Part shown: one piece after another, positions 38,765 through 52,303 of the stretch
How positions within the stretch are numbered: the stretch's first letter is position 1
How the letters are laid out: each line of letters opens with the position of its first letter
NCBI GenBank assembly: GCA_963775425.1
Contig: CAVZJB010000011.1
Span: 448,001 to 512,000 of the forward strand
Reading direction: 5' to 3'
Origin: an uncultured delta proteobacterium
GTDB taxonomy: Bacteria > Myxococcota > UBA727 > VGSZ01
DNA: 64,000 nucleotides
Program-made: the position numbers and the translations under genes
The notes under the pieces: generated by a model
The model's database searches: none
What the model saw: the letters and a program-made list of their open reading frames with translations, nothing else
Told to the model about the DNA's origin: nothing

Positions 38765-41700
38765 ATGGCCCTGCTCGCCGTCCTCGCGATCGCCTTCGCG
38801 CCCGGCCTCGCCGGCGCGCCCGCGGGGGAGGCGCCCGGCGACCCGTCGCGCTCGATCGGCGCGCCCGCTCCCGGGGGTCGCCGGATCACCGCCGTCGTCG
38901 TCGAGGGCGCCCGCGACGCCGCCGCCCAGCAGGCCGCGCGCGACGTCTTCGGCATGAAAGCCGGCGACACCCTCGACGCCGGCCGCGTGCGCCTCGGCAT
39001 CAAGCGCGTGTTCCTCACCGGCCCGTGGGCGGACGTCGAGGTCAGCGTCGCGCGCGCGGCCCCCGGCCCCGGGGTCGTGGTCTTCGTCAAGCTCGTGCCC
39101 GACGTCCTCATCGCCGACGTCTCCATCCAGGCCCCGTCGAGGCTGCCCCGTGAGCGCCTGCGCGACGCGGCCGCCATCGACGTCGGCGAGCGCTTCCGCC
39201 CCGAGCGCGTCGACGAGGCCGCCGCCCGCATCCGCATCGCCATGGCGGACCTCGGGTATCCGCGGGCCGAGGTGAAGGTCGACGTCGACGACTCCGGCGA
39301 CTACGCCCGCCGGCTGCGCTTCGTGGTCGATCCCGGGGAGCCCGTGCGCCTGCGCAAGCTCGTCGTCGACGGCGACCCGGCGTTGTCGCGAAGGGACGTC
39401 GAGGCGTTGCTCGGGGTCACCGAGGGCGAGCCCTTCGACCGGCCGCGGCTCGAGGTGGGCCTCGAGCGCATCAAGGCGCTCCTCATGCGGCGCCGCCACC
39501 TGGGCGCCAAGGTCGGCGTGGTGCGCGTGACGCACGACGCCGGGCACCTCGGGGAGGGCGCCGAGGTCGTCGTCAGCATCGACGCCGGGCCGCGGTATCG
39601 CCTGCGCTACGTCGGCAACCACGCGCTGTCGGACGCCGCCCTGCGCGCCGTCCTCGACGAGGGAAAGATCGAGAGCATCGACGCCCTCGGCGTCGCGCGC
39701 GCCAGGAGCGCCATCGAGCAGCGCTATCGTGAAAACGGCTATGCGCGCGTGTCCGTCAAGGTCGACGACGTCCCTGCGCAGCGCCCGTACGACAGGGACG
39801 CCGAGCGCGAGCTGCGCTTCGTCATCGACGAGGGCCCGCGCGCCGAGGTCACCGACGTGCTCATCGAGGGTGCCAAGGCGCGAAAGAGCCAGGAGCTCGA
39901 GGACGAGGTCTGGAAGTCCGTCAACGCCGACGCGCCGGACCCGGGGCTCCTGCAACCGGTGGACCCCGGCGACGTCGACGACCTCCTGTCGCGGCCCACG
40001 GGCAAGGAGCGCAGCGCGGCCGGCCCGCGCCCGTTCGAGGTCAGCGACGAGTACCTCGAGCTGCTGCCGCGGCCGCTCATCGGCAGAAAGCCCGTGTACA
40101 TCGAGAGCGCCTTCGTGGAGGCCGGCCGCCGCATCGCCGACATCTACAGGAGCGACGGCTTCCTCGACGTCAGCGTCAAGGGCCCCTTCGCCGACTTCTC
40201 CGAAGACGGCAGGAAGATCAAGGTGCGCTACACCATCCGCGAGGGGCCGCGGGTCACGGTGAGCGCCGTCCGCTTCGTCGACGCGCGGCCGTGCGCGGCC
40301 AACGCGAGCTGCGCGCAGAACATCTCGTTTTCGGAGCTGCTCGACCAGGTGACCCTGGCGCCGGGGCAGGCGGCGAGCTTCGCGGCGGTGGCGGAGTCGC
40401 GCGGCACGCTCGAGAGGAACCTGCAGGACAAGGGTTACCCCTTCGCGCGCGTGACCGAGGGGCTCGAGCGGGTGAAGGCGCGCGCCGACGAGGTCGACGT
40501 CGTCTACACGGTGAACCCGGGGCCGCGGGTGGCCATCGGCAAGGTGCGCACGCGCGGAAACCGCGTCACGCGCGACATGGTCATCCTCGACCGGGTCACG
40601 CTCAAGCCCAACGACCTCTACTCCGCCAGCGAGGTGGAGCGCTCGCGCGAGCGGCTGGCCCGCATGGGCCTGTTCTCGTCGGTGTCCATCGAGCTCCTCG
40701 ACGACGACCCCACCGCCCCCGTGCGCGACCTCCTCGTGGTGGTCAAGGAGCGCCCCCAGTTCGCGGTGGAGGTCGGCGCAGGCGCGTCCGTGGAGGACGG
40801 CCCGCGCGCGTTCCTCGCCGGCGAGGTGCGCAACATCTTCGGCCTCGGCGTCGGCGTGCGCGGCCGAGGCCAGCTCAACTACCCGCGCGCCTTCTACGAC
40901 TTCCTGTACGACCCCGAGGACCCGAACAACCCGCTGTTGCGCTTCCCCACCACGGGCGACTTCCTCGTCGACTGGGGCCAGTTCTTCGAGGGGCAGGCGG
41001 TGCTCACAGGCGAGCTCCCCAAGGTCTACGGCGTGCCTTTCGACACGCGCTTGCACGTCGACACGGCCGCGCTTCGTCAGATCCGGCCGGCCTTCACCCT
41101 GAACCGCGCGTCCGTCCTCGGCGGCTTCGACATGCAGCCGTTTTCGTGGCTCCAGGTGGGCCCGCAGATCGAGGGCGAGTACTCGGACTTCGACTGCCCG
41201 AAGGACCTGAACCTCGGCCAGAGCTGCGGCGAGGGCACCGCCGGCATCACCCGCCGCCTCGACGCCGGCTTCATCCGCCAGACCACCTACCGCATCACCG
41301 GCGCCGTCGACCTGCGCGACAACCCCGTGCGCCCGCGTTCAGGGGTGTGGTTCTCGGGGACCACCGACGTGGCGCTCGGCTCGGGCCGGCTGCGCGAAAA
41401 CGGGAACGCCACCCAGGCCGCGGACGTGAACAGCGACTTCGTCAAGCTCACCGGCGCCGCCGCCGGCTACGTGCCGCTGTCGCCGACGTTCATCTGGGCG
41501 GTGTCCGGGCGCGTGGGCAACATCTTCCCCCTCGACCAGCAGGAGTACGTGCCGCTGTTCAAGCGCTTCTACCTGGGCGGCACCAACTCCATCCGCGGCT
41601 TCCGCGAAGACGAGATCCTCCCCGCCGACAACTGCGCCTTCCCCGCCACGTCGCAGGTCCCGCTCACCGCCGTGCCCACGGGCTGCACGGCCACCAGCCA

Positions 41701-41989
41701 GAGCCTCGGCGGCAACTTCGTCATGAGCCTCCGCAGCGAGATCCGCGTGACGGTGGTCGGCGATCTCGAGATGGGCACGTTCGTCGACGTGGGCCAGCTC
41801 GTCGAGGACGTGGCGGACGTCGCGCCCACGGGCTTCGCGGCCGGCGCGGGCGTCGGCGTGCGCTACAACACCCCCGTCGGGCCGTTCGCCATCGACCTCG
41901 GCTGGAAGGTGATCGACGGCCGCCGCCGCCTCCCCTCCCTGTCGTCTCTGGACCGGCTCAACCTCCATCTGTCGATCGGCTACTTCTGA
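38765..41989 (+). CDS. Omp85 family (BamA/TamA) outer-membrane protein with multiple POTRA domains
   Basis: Repeated POTRA motifs (GY..A.V, I.EGPR), RFYLGGTNSIRGF, GVGVRYNTPVGP, C-terminal SIGYF. Confidence 0.92.
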   Translation: MALLAVLAIAFAPGLAGAPAGEAPGDPSRSIGAPAPGGRRITAVVVEGARDAAAQQAARDVFGMKAGDTLDAGRVRLGIKRVFLTGPWADVEVSVARAAPGPGVVVFVKLVPDVLIADVSIQAPSRLPRERLRDAAAIDVGERFRPERVDEAAARIRIAMADLGYPRAEVKVDVDDSGDYARRLRFVVDPGEPVRLRKLVVDGDPALSRRDVEALLGVTEGEPFDRPRLEVGLERIKALLMRRRHLGAKVGVVRVTHDAGHLGEGAEVVVSIDAGPRYRLRYVGNHALSDAALRAVLDEGKIESIDALGVARARSAIEQRYRENGYARVSVKVDDVPAQRPYDRDAERELRFVIDEGPRAEVTDVLIEGAKARKSQELEDEVWKSVNADAPDPGLLQPVDPGDVDDLLSRPTGKERSAAGPRPFEVSDEYLELLPRPLIGRKPVYIESAFVEAGRRIADIYRSDGFLDVSVKGPFADFSEDGRKIKVRYTIREGPRVTVSAVRFVDARPCAANASCAQNISFSELLDQVTLAPGQAASFAAVAESRGTLERNLQDKGYPFARVTEGLERVKARADEVDVVYTVNPGPRVAIGKVRTRGNRVTRDMVILDRVTLKPNDLYSASEVERSRERLARMGLFSSVSIELLDDDPTAPVRDLLVVVKERPQFAVEVGAGASVEDGPRAFLAGEVRNIFGLGVGVRGRGQLNYPRAFYDFLYDPEDPNNPLLRFPTTGDFLVDWGQFFEGQAVLTGELPKVYGVPFDTRLHVDTAALRQIRPAFTLNRASVLGGFDMQPFSWLQVGPQIEGEYSDFDCPKDLNLGQSCGEGTAGITRRLDAGFIRQTTYRITGAVDLRDNPVRPRSGVWFSGTTDVALGSGRLRENGNATQAADVNSDFVKLTGAAAGYVPLSPTFIWAVSGRVGNIFPLDQQEYVPLFKRFYLGGTNSIRGFREDEILPADNCAFPATSQVPLTAVPTGCTATSQSLGGNFVMSLRSEIRVTVVGDLEMGTFVDVGQLVEDVADVAPTGFAAGAGVGVRYNTPVGPFAIDLGWKVIDGRRRLPSLSSLDRLNLHLSIGYF

Positions 41990-42031
41990 CGCGCGCGCAA
42001 CCAACCCGGCCGGCCGTGGCGGATTCGCAAA

Positions 42032-42116
42032 GCGCGCGTCCTCGTCGTCGAGGACGACAGCCCCGCGCACATGCTCACACATGTCCTCGCGCGCGACGGC
42101 TGCTTCGTCACGGGTC
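42032..42116 (+). pseudogene. Fragment of a response-regulator receiver domain
   Basis: Translates ARVLVVEDDSPAHMLTHVLARDGCFVT, then loses similarity; no in-frame start directly upstream. Confidence 0.5.
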
Positions 42117-42332
42117 GCCCGGGCAGCCCCACGAGGCGGGAGCCCTCTCGTCGCCCTTGCGCCCGCGTAGCAGGCGGTGGGACATTCGGGCCCGGGTGGG
42201 TGCAGGCCCGCTTCGCGTCTCAGGAATGGAAAAGTTGAAGCGGTCCCGAAGCGGTGGAGATAATGCCTCGACGGGAGCTTGATCACCAACGCCGGTAGGG
42301 ATGCAAAGGGAAGGCCCGTGCAGGACGGGAAC

Positions 42333-44246
<1,914 letters not shown>

Positions 44247-44318
44247 CCGCGCGTCGGCTCCGGCAACGACCCGTGGGGCGGCCACGACATACAGAGCGGC
44301 CGCGCCGGCGGCGGGAGA

Positions 44319-45011
44319 TCAGCGGAGGGCCCGCCGGCACGCCGTGAGGAGCGCCGCGAGCGCGCGCGCAGGATCGTGCGCGCCCGTGACGGCGCCGATC
44401 ACCGCGACGGCTGCGGCGCCAGCGTCGAGGCACGCGCGCGCGCTGCGATCGTCGACGCCGCCGAGGGCGACGACGGGCGGTCCCCCGGCGGCGCAGGCGC
44501 GCCCGAGGCCGGCGAGGCCGAGCGTCGCGCGCGCGTCCGCGGGCTTCGAGGCCGGCCGGAAGATGGGCGAGAGCGTGACGTAGTCCGCGCGCCTGCCGTC
44601 GTCGTCGCCCCGCAGTCCGCCGGGTCCCCTGCGGTGCGCCGCCGGTGCCAGGTCCCCGGCGTGCCGCGAGGCGCCGAGCAGCGCCCCGGGGGGGAGCGCG
44701 ATGCGGGCCTCGTCGACGCGGGCGCGGCCGTCGACGTGGACGCCGTCGAGCCCGAGGCGGGCGACCAGGCGCGCGTGCGTGTGGACCAGGAGCAGCGCCC
44801 CCGCGCGACGCGTCACCGGCCGGAGCGCGGCGCAGGCGCGGGCGACGTCGTCGACGGCGGCGCGCTTGTCGCGCACGAGCACGGCGACGCCGGCCCCGCG
44901 CCCGGCGGCGAGCGGGCCGAGCGCCCGCGCCACGGTCTCGACGACGCCCCGCGCCCGCGCGCGGCACGCGGCCGCGTCGGTGATCACGAGGAGGCGAAAG
45001 GGCAGGTCCAA
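44319..45011 (-). CDS. thiE: Thiamine-phosphate synthase (ThiE/TenI family)
   Basis: LLVITD, VRDK, DGVH, GASRH, ADYVTLSPIFRPASK, VALGGV. Confidence 0.8.
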   Translation of the reverse strand: MDLPFRLLVITDAAACRARARGVVETVARALGPLAAGRGAGVAVLVRDKRAAVDDVARACAALRPVTRRAGALLLVHTHARLVARLGLDGVHVDGRARVDEARIALPPGALLGASRHAGDLAPAAHRRGPGGLRGDDDGRRADYVTLSPIFRPASKPADARATLGLAGLGRACAAGGPPVVALGGVDDRSARACLDAGAAAVAVIGAVTGAHDPARALAALLTACRRALR

Positions 45012-45042
45012 GGTCTCCCCGCGCCGCGCCGGACGGCCAGGG

Positions 45043-46557
<1,515 letters not shown>

Positions 46558-46567
46558 TCAAGACGCC

Positions 46568-46882
46568 TCACACGTCTCCGAAGCGATACTCGTACGACTT
46601 CTCGCAGCCGTCGGCGCGCACGGAGATGCAGTCGCCGTCGGCGTCTCTGCGCAGGCAGACGACGTTGATCTTCTCGAGCGGACACTCGAGCTGCTTGGCC
46701 GCCGCCTTCTTCACCTCGTCGAACTCCGCGTCCGTCGAGGTGGCAGGCGCCGCGGGCGCCATGTCCTCGGGCGACGGCGGCTTGATGGGCGAGGCGGTGC
46801 CGTGGTGCTCGTGCTTGGTGGTGCCGCACGCAGCCAGGGCCGCGAGCGCGACGGCGACGGCGAGAATTCGAAAGCGCTGCAT
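46568..46882 (-). CDS. Small hypothetical lipoprotein
   Basis: LAA-C lipobox; four further Cys; GGAG RBS. Confidence 0.7.
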   Translation of the reverse strand: MQRFRILAVAVALAALAACGTTKHEHHGTASPIKPPSPEDMAPAAPATSTDAEFDEVKKAAAKQLECPLEKINVVCLRRDADGDCISVRADGCEKSYEYRFGDV

Positions 46883-46900
46883 GGTCTCCCCCGGGGTGGT

Positions 46901-47713
46901 TCAGCTCGTGCGCCCGATGACGCCGTCGATGGGGCTCGACGCCGACGCGTAGAGCTTCATGGGGATGCGCCCGGCCAGGTGCGCGAGGCGCCCGGCGCGC
47001 ACGCCGTCGCGCATGGCGGCGGCCATGGCGCGGGGATCCCGGGCCAGGGCGATGGCGGTGTTCATGAGGACGCCGTCGACGCCCATCTCCATGGCGCGCG
47101 CGGCGTCGGAGGGGACGCCGACGCCGGCGTCGACGATGACGGGGACGTCGGGGCGGCGTTCGCGCACGAGCTCGAGGATGATCCTCAGGTTGTGCGGGTT
47201 TCTGATGCCGAGCCCGGAGCCGATGGGGGCCGCCAGCGGCATCACCGCCGACGCGCCGGCGTCGAGCAGGCGCAGGCAGGCGACGGGATCATCGGTGACG
47301 TAGGGGAGGCAGACGAAGCCCTCTTTGACGAGCGCCTTGGTGGCCTCGATGGTGGCCGTGACGTCGGGGAAGAGGGTCTTTTCGTCGCCGATGACCTCGA
47401 CCTTGACGAGGCGCGCGCGCTCCTCCCCGAGGAGCTCGCGGGCGAGGCGCGCGGTGCGCACGCAGTCGTCGACGGTGAAGCACCCCGCGGTGTTGGGCAG
47501 GACGTGCATCGTCTTGGGGATGGTGTCCCACAGCGAGCGCTCGCCCGGCTTCGCCTGCGGCACGCGGCGGATGGCGACGGTGACCATCTCGCTGGCCGAG
47601 ATCTCCATGCAGGCGGCGGCGGTGTCGAGGTCGGGGTACTTCCCGGTGCCGACGATGAGGCGGCTGTGCAGCGAGACGGGCCCGATGACGAGCGGAGAGT
47701 CCTTGGTGGTCAT
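46901..47713 (-). CDS. thiG: Thiazole synthase
   Basis: [44 protein letters not shown]. Confidence 0.97.
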   Translation of the reverse strand: MTTKDSPLVIGPVSLHSRLIVGTGKYPDLDTAAACMEISASEMVTVAIRRVPQAKPGERSLWDTIPKTMHVLPNTAGCFTVDDCVRTARLARELLGEERARLVKVEVIGDEKTLFPDVTATIEATKALVKEGFVCLPYVTDDPVACLRLLDAGASAVMPLAAPIGSGLGIRNPHNLRIILELVRERRPDVPVIVDAGVGVPSDAARAMEMGVDGVLMNTAIALARDPRAMAAAMRDGVRAGRLAHLAGRIPMKLYASASSPIDGVIGRTS

Positions 47714-48276
47714 CGGGGTGGTGGGTAGCCCTCGGAGCCGCTCGAGAAAAGCCCCAGACGGGCGCGCAGGCTCGCGTCGTAGGTGCGGAATGCCTCCTCG
47801 CGCGCTTCGATGGACGGCGCGCCGAAGAGGAAATAGCCCGCGGCGAGGGCACCGAAGCCGGCGACCTCGACGACGCGGCCGGCGATGAGGACGGCCGTCC
47901 CGCTCTTGGCGTCGGTCGCGAGGAGCGGCACGCCGACGACGGTGGAGGCCGTGGAGGCCACCTGGCACACGGCGCCGGCGGCGAACAGCGAGAGGAACGC
48001 GGCGCGGTCGAGCTGGAAGCGGCGGACGGCGTCGGCGGTGGCGCTGTCGGCGTCGACGGCAGCCAGCAGGTCCGCGGGCTCGGCGCGCGCGCCGCCGTTG
48101 AGGCGCAGCGGCGCCGAGAAGAACAGGGCGCCCGCCGGCGGCTCCCCCGCGGGCCGGTGGGCCTCGTAGAACGCCCGGCGCTCGCCGAGGGGCGCCGTCG
48201 CCACCGGCGCCTCCTCGAGGGCCGTGTGCGCGCACGCGGCCAGGGAGCACACGGCGGCGGCGAGGGCGGCGCGCAT
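47710..48276 (-). CDS. Hypothetical lipoprotein with two hydrophobic helices
   Basis: LAA-C lipobox; ATGA overlap with the thiG start. Confidence 0.6.
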   Translation of the reverse strand: MRAALAAAVCSLAACAHTALEEAPVATAPLGERRAFYEAHRPAGEPPAGALFFSAPLRLNGGARAEPADLLAAVDADSATADAVRRFQLDRAAFLSLFAAGAVCQVASTASTVVGVPLLATDAKSGTAVLIAGRVVEVAGFGALAAGYFLFGAPSIEAREEAFRTYDASLRARLGLFSSGSEGYPPPR

Positions 48277-48305
48277 GCGGACGGTGTAGCAACCGCGCGC
48301 TGGGC

Positions 48306-48509
48306 TCAGCCGCCGCCGACGAGGGTGACGATCTCGAGGACGTCCCCGTCCTTCACCGGGCGCGCGGGCCGCTCGGCCTTGGGCACGATGGCGCCGTTCA
48401 GCTCGACGGCGACCCGCTCCCGCGGCATCCCCAGCGCCGCGAGGAGGCCGTCCACCGTGGCGGGCGCGGGGTCGAGGGCGCGGGGCTCACCGTTGACGAC
48501 GAGGTGCAT
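48306..48509 (-). CDS. thiS: Sulfur carrier protein ThiS
   Basis: MHLVVNGE...VAVELNG...[14 protein letters not shown] (C-terminal Gly-Gly). Confidence 0.95.
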   Translation of the reverse strand: MHLVVNGEPRALDPAPATVDGLLAALGMPRERVAVELNGAIVPKAERPARPVKDGDVLEIVTLVGGG

Positions 48510-48612
48510 CGCTGCGCTGTAGCCGATGGACGGGCCCACGGAAAGCGCCGGTGCGCGTTGCCGGCCACGACGGCGGCGGCTAGATCGACGGGTCCCAGTT
48601 TCAGGAGTGCGC

Positions 48613-49800
48613 ATGCTTGGCTTCGGCAAGAAGGTCGATCTCGACAAGGACCGCGAAAAGATCATGGACGCCCTGCGCGCGGTGGCCTGCCCGGGCATCT
48701 GCGACGACATCGTCGGAGGCGGCGTCGTCGGCGAGCTCACCGCCGACAAGGGCACCCTCACGGTGCAGCTCCTCTTGCCCACCCCGGCCCTGAAGGGGCG
48801 GCGGGACCTCGAGACCGCCGTGGTCGACGCCGTGAAGAAAGTCGTCGACGCCGACGTCGAGCTCGACTGCAAGGGCAACGTCCGCGCCTCCGCCGGCTCC
48901 CCCGACGGCAAGCAGGACCTGCCCGGCATCAAGAACGTCGTCCTGGTGGCCTCGGGCAAGGGCGGCGTCGGCAAGAGCACCGTCGCCTCCAACCTCGCCG
49001 TGGCCCTCGCGCGCCTCGGCTGCAAGGTGGGCCTCCTCGACGCCGACATCTACGGCCCCTCGGCGCCCACCATGTTCGGCATCGCCGACGGCACCCGCCC
49101 GGGCACCGTCCCGGGGCCGGACGCCTCGCGGCCCCTCATCGCGCCCCTCGACCGCTACGGCGTGCGCCTGATGTCCATCGGCTTCCTCGTCGACACCAGC
49201 ACCCCCATGGTGTGGCGCGGCCCGATGATCGCGTCGGCGGCGATGCAGTTGTTCAAGGACGTGGCCTGGGGCGAGCTCGACTACCTGATCGTGGACATGC
49301 CGCCGGGGACGGGTGACGTGCAGCTCACCATCTCCCAGCAGGTGATCGTCAGCGGGGCGGTGGTGTGCAGTACGCCCCAGGACGTCGCCCTCGCGGACGT
49401 CGTCCGGGCCAAGGCGATGTTCGACAAGGTGGCCATCCCCATCCTCGGTGTCGTCGAGAACATGAGCTATTTCGTGTGCGACCAGTGCAACAAGCGCCAC
49501 GAGATCTTCTTCCACGGCGGCGCTCGGAACGCCGCGGAACGCATGCGCGTCCCCTTCCTCGGCGAAATTCCGCTGGAGCCGGGCGTGGTGGAGGGGGGCG
49601 ACAACGGCAAGCCCATCGTCATCGGGGCCCCCGACAGCGCCTCCGCGCTGGCCTTCCTCGCCCTGGCGGAGGAGGTGGCGACGTCTCTGGCGAAGACTGC
49701 TCACGAGATGCCGGAGGCGCTCGCGGGCCCCTCCATCTCCATCAGCGGAGGCTCGATCGGCAAAGGCGCAAAGAAGGGGGGCTTGCCGATCGTGAGTTGA
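48613..49800 (+). CDS. mrp: Mrp/ApbC (NBP35 family) Fe-S cluster carrier ATPase
   Basis: SGKGGVGKST, DADIYGPS, WRGPM, DMPPGTGD, ENMSYFVCDQC. Confidence 0.94.
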   Translation: MLGFGKKVDLDKDREKIMDALRAVACPGICDDIVGGGVVGELTADKGTLTVQLLLPTPALKGRRDLETAVVDAVKKVVDADVELDCKGNVRASAGSPDGKQDLPGIKNVVLVASGKGGVGKSTVASNLAVALARLGCKVGLLDADIYGPSAPTMFGIADGTRPGTVPGPDASRPLIAPLDRYGVRLMSIGFLVDTSTPMVWRGPMIASAAMQLFKDVAWGELDYLIVDMPPGTGDVQLTISQQVIVSGAVVCSTPQDVALADVVRAKAMFDKVAIPILGVVENMSYFVCDQCNKRHEIFFHGGARNAAERMRVPFLGEIPLEPGVVEGGDNGKPIVIGAPDSASALAFLALAEEVATSLAKTAHEMPEALAGPSISISGGSIGKGAKKGGLPIVS

Positions 49801-49845
49801 TGTATTGTGCGCCGCCGGTTCGCATCTCTATCCGGAGGCACCACG

Positions 49846-50217
49846 ATGGCGAAGAAGAAGAAGAAGGCAGCGAAGAAAGCGGGCAAGAAGAAGGCAGCGA
49901 AGAAGGCGAAGAAGAAGGCCACGAAGAAGAAGGCCACGAAGAAGAAGGCCAAGAAGACCAAGTCGAAGCGCAAGCCCAACGCGGCGTTCATGACCCCCAT
50001 GACGCCGAGCGCTGACCTCGCCGCCGTCATCGGCAACAAGCCGATGCCGCGCACCGAGGTCACCAAGAAGCTGTGGGCGTACATCAAGCGCAACGGCCTG
50101 CAGGACCAGAAGAACAGGCGCAACATCAACGCGGACGACAAGCTGCGGGTGATCTTCAAGAAGCCCACGGTCAACATGTTCGAGATGACCAAGCTCGTCG
50201 CGAAGCACTTGAGCTGA
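49846..50217 (+). CDS. SWIB/MDM2-domain protein with Lys/Ala-rich histone-H1-like N-terminus
   Basis: KKAAKK repeats; PRTEVTKKLWAYIKRNGLQD, INADDKL, MFEMTKL. Confidence 0.92.
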   Translation: MAKKKKKAAKKAGKKKAAKKAKKKATKKKATKKKAKKTKSKRKPNAAFMTPMTPSADLAAVIGNKPMPRTEVTKKLWAYIKRNGLQDQKNRRNINADDKLRVIFKKPTVNMFEMTKLVAKHLS

Positions 50218-50321
50218 TCGGCTCGAGTTGCCGGGGCCCAGGGCCGCCGGTAGCTCAAGCTCAGGCGGTCGGAGACAAGGACTTCGGCAAACACCGAGCC
50301 CAAAGCTCAGAGCCGCCCAAG

Positions 50322-50349
50322 GAAATGCCCACCGCAAGGTGGGCATTTC
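50322..50349. terminator. Probable (bidirectional) intrinsic terminator
   Basis: Perfect 12-bp stem gaaatgcccacc-GCAA-ggtgggcatttc between convergent genes. Confidence 0.85.
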
Positions 50350-50372
50350 TGTTGCGGCGACGCGCCCCGCGC

Positions 50373-51341
50373 CTACGACGCAGGGGCGTGGATGCAGGCG
50401 ACGCCGACGGCGCCGATCTGCACGAGCGGCGGCTCGGCCTCGGCGCAGCGCGGCTCGGCTTCGGGGCAGCGGGTGCGGAAGCGGCAGCCCGAGGGGAGCT
50501 CGAGGGCGCTGCCGACGTCGGCGCGCGCCGGTGCGGCGGCGCGGTCGGCCGCGGCCGGCGCCGGCGACGCGGCCGTCGGCACCCGCGGGGCCGAGGCGAT
50601 CAGCAGGCGCGTGTAGGGGTGACGCGGCCGTGCAAACACCTCGGCGGCAGGGCCGATCTCGACGACCTTGCCGAGCACCATCACGGCCACGCGCGTCGAC
50701 AGGTGGCGCACCACGCTCAGGTCGTGGGCGATGAACACCAGGGTGAGCCCGAGCGTGTCGCGGAGATCGGCGAGCAGGTTCACCACCTGGGCGCGCACGC
50801 TGGCGTCGAGGGCGCTCACGGGCTCGTCGCAGATCAACAGCGCGGGCTCCACCGCCAGCGCCCGCGCGATGCCCACGCGCTGGCGCATGCCGCCGGACAG
50901 CTCGTGCGGGTAGCGGGCGAGCACCTCCTCGCCGAGGCCCACCTGCTCGAGCAGCTCCACCACGCGCGCCCGGCGGGCGGCGCCGGCCGCGAGGCGGTGG
51001 ATGTCGAGGGCCTCGCCGACGATGCCCTCGACGCGCATGCGCGGGTTCAACGACGCGTACGAGTCCTGAAAGACCATCTGCATCCGTCGCCGCAGCGGGC
51101 GCAGCTCGCGCTGGGACATGCGTGTGATGTCGACGCCCTCGAGCTTCACGACGCCTGCGGCGGGCTCCACCAGGCGCAGCACCGCGCGTCCAAGGGTGGA
51201 CTTGCCGCAGCCGCTCTCGCCCACGAGGCCCAGCGTCTCGCCCGCATCGACGCGAAAGGAGACGCCGTCCACGGCCCGCACGGTCTTGCCCCGCAGGCGG
51301 TAGCGCACCGCGAGCGCGTCGACCTCGAGCAGGGCGCTCAT
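50373..51341 (-). CDS. Oligopeptide ABC transporter ATP-binding protein (OppF/DppF-like)
   Basis: [37 protein letters not shown]. Confidence 0.93.
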   Translation of the reverse strand: MSALLEVDALAVRYRLRGKTVRAVDGVSFRVDAGETLGLVGESGCGKSTLGRAVLRLVEPAAGVVKLEGVDITRMSQRELRPLRRRMQMVFQDSYASLNPRMRVEGIVGEALDIHRLAAGAARRARVVELLEQVGLGEEVLARYPHELSGGMRQRVGIARALAVEPALLICDEPVSALDASVRAQVVNLLADLRDTLGLTLVFIAHDLSVVRHLSTRVAVMVLGKVVEIGPAAEVFARPRHPYTRLLIASAPRVPTAASPAPAAADRAAAPARADVGSALELPSGCRFRTRCPEAEPRCAEAEPPLVQIGAVGVACIHAPAS

Positions 51342-52303
51342 GGCGGATCGATCATGTGGATGCAGCGGGCGAGCTGGTCGGGGCCGGCGGCCTCGAGGGC
51401 GGGCTCCTTGCGCCGGCAGTCCTCGTCGGCGCGATCGCAGCGGTCCTGGAAGCGGCAGCCCGCGGGGTGCTTGCCCGGGCTCGGCACCGCGCCGGGGATG
51501 GCGCGCAGGCGGTGGCGGCCGTGCTCGTCGACGACGTCGTCGACGCCCGGGATGGAGGCCAGCAGGCCGAGCGTGTACGGGTGGCGCGGGCGGCGAAACA
51601 CCGCCTGCACCGGGGCGCGCTCGACGATGCGCCCGGCGTACATCACGTAGACAATCTCGCAGGTCTCGGCGACGACGCCGAGGTCGTGGGTGATGAGCAG
51701 GACGCTCATCCCGATGTCGCGCTGGAGCGTGCGCAACAGGTCGAGGATCTGCGCCTGCACGGTGACGTCGAGCGCCGTGGTGGGCTCGTCGGCGATGAGC
51801 ACGTCGGGCTTGCACGCGAGCGCCATGGCGATCATCACGCGCTGCCGCATGCCGCCCGACAGCTCGTGGGGGTAGGAGCGGGCGCGCTCTTCGGGCGCCG
51901 GGACGCCGGTGACCTCGAGCATCTCCACCGCCCGCTTCCACGCCTCCTTGCGCGGCTTCTTCTCGTGGAGCCGCACCACCTCCGCCACCTGCTCCCCCAC
52001 CGTGAGCACCGGGTTCAAGGACGTCATCGGGTCCTGAAACACCATGGCGATGCGGTTGCCGCGCACCGCGCGCAGGTCCTTCTCGGGGAGCGTGAGCAGG
52101 TCCTGGCCGCGAAACTGGATGCGCCCGCTCACCTCGGCGCCCTGCAGCAGGCGCAGCACGGACAGCGCGGTGACGCTCTTGCCGGACCCGCTCTCGCCGA
52201 CGAGCCCGACGGTCTTTCCCGCGGGGACGTCGAGGGTGACGTCGTCGACGACGCGGACGCCGCCGAACGAAACCGTGAGCCCCTCGATGTGGAGCAGGGT
52301 CAC
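51338..52303 (-). CDS. Oligopeptide ABC transporter ATP-binding protein (OppD/DppD-like)
   Basis: [35 protein letters not shown]. Confidence 0.93.
   Translation of the reverse strand: MTLLHIEGLTVSFGGVRVVDDVTLDVPAGKTVGLVGESGSGKSVTALSVLRLLQGAEVSGRIQFRGQDLLTLPEKDLRAVRGNRIAMVFQDPMTSLNPVLTVGEQVAEVVRLHEKKPRKEAWKRAVEMLEVTGVPAPEERARSYPHELSGGMRQRVMIAMALACKPDVLIADEPTTALDVTVQAQILDLLRTLQRDIGMSVLLITHDLGVVAETCEIVYVMYAGRIVERAPVQAVFRRPRHPYTLGLLASIPGVDDVVDEHGRHRLRAIPGAVPSPGKHPAGCRFQDRCDRADEDCRRKEPALEAAGPDQLARCIHMIDPP

Noticed and set aside
42230-42312. TPP-riboswitch-like fragments (TTGATC...GTAGGGA)
   Set aside because: No CUGAGA motif, wrong element order, and it precedes the cpaF-like gene on the strand opposite to the thi genes.
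50243-50320. tRNA-like start (gccgccggtagctcaa) and c-di-GMP-I-like GGCAAA/CAAAGC words
   Set aside because: No T-loop or cloverleaf, and no P2 stem with GNRA loop between the words; family assignment is unsupported.
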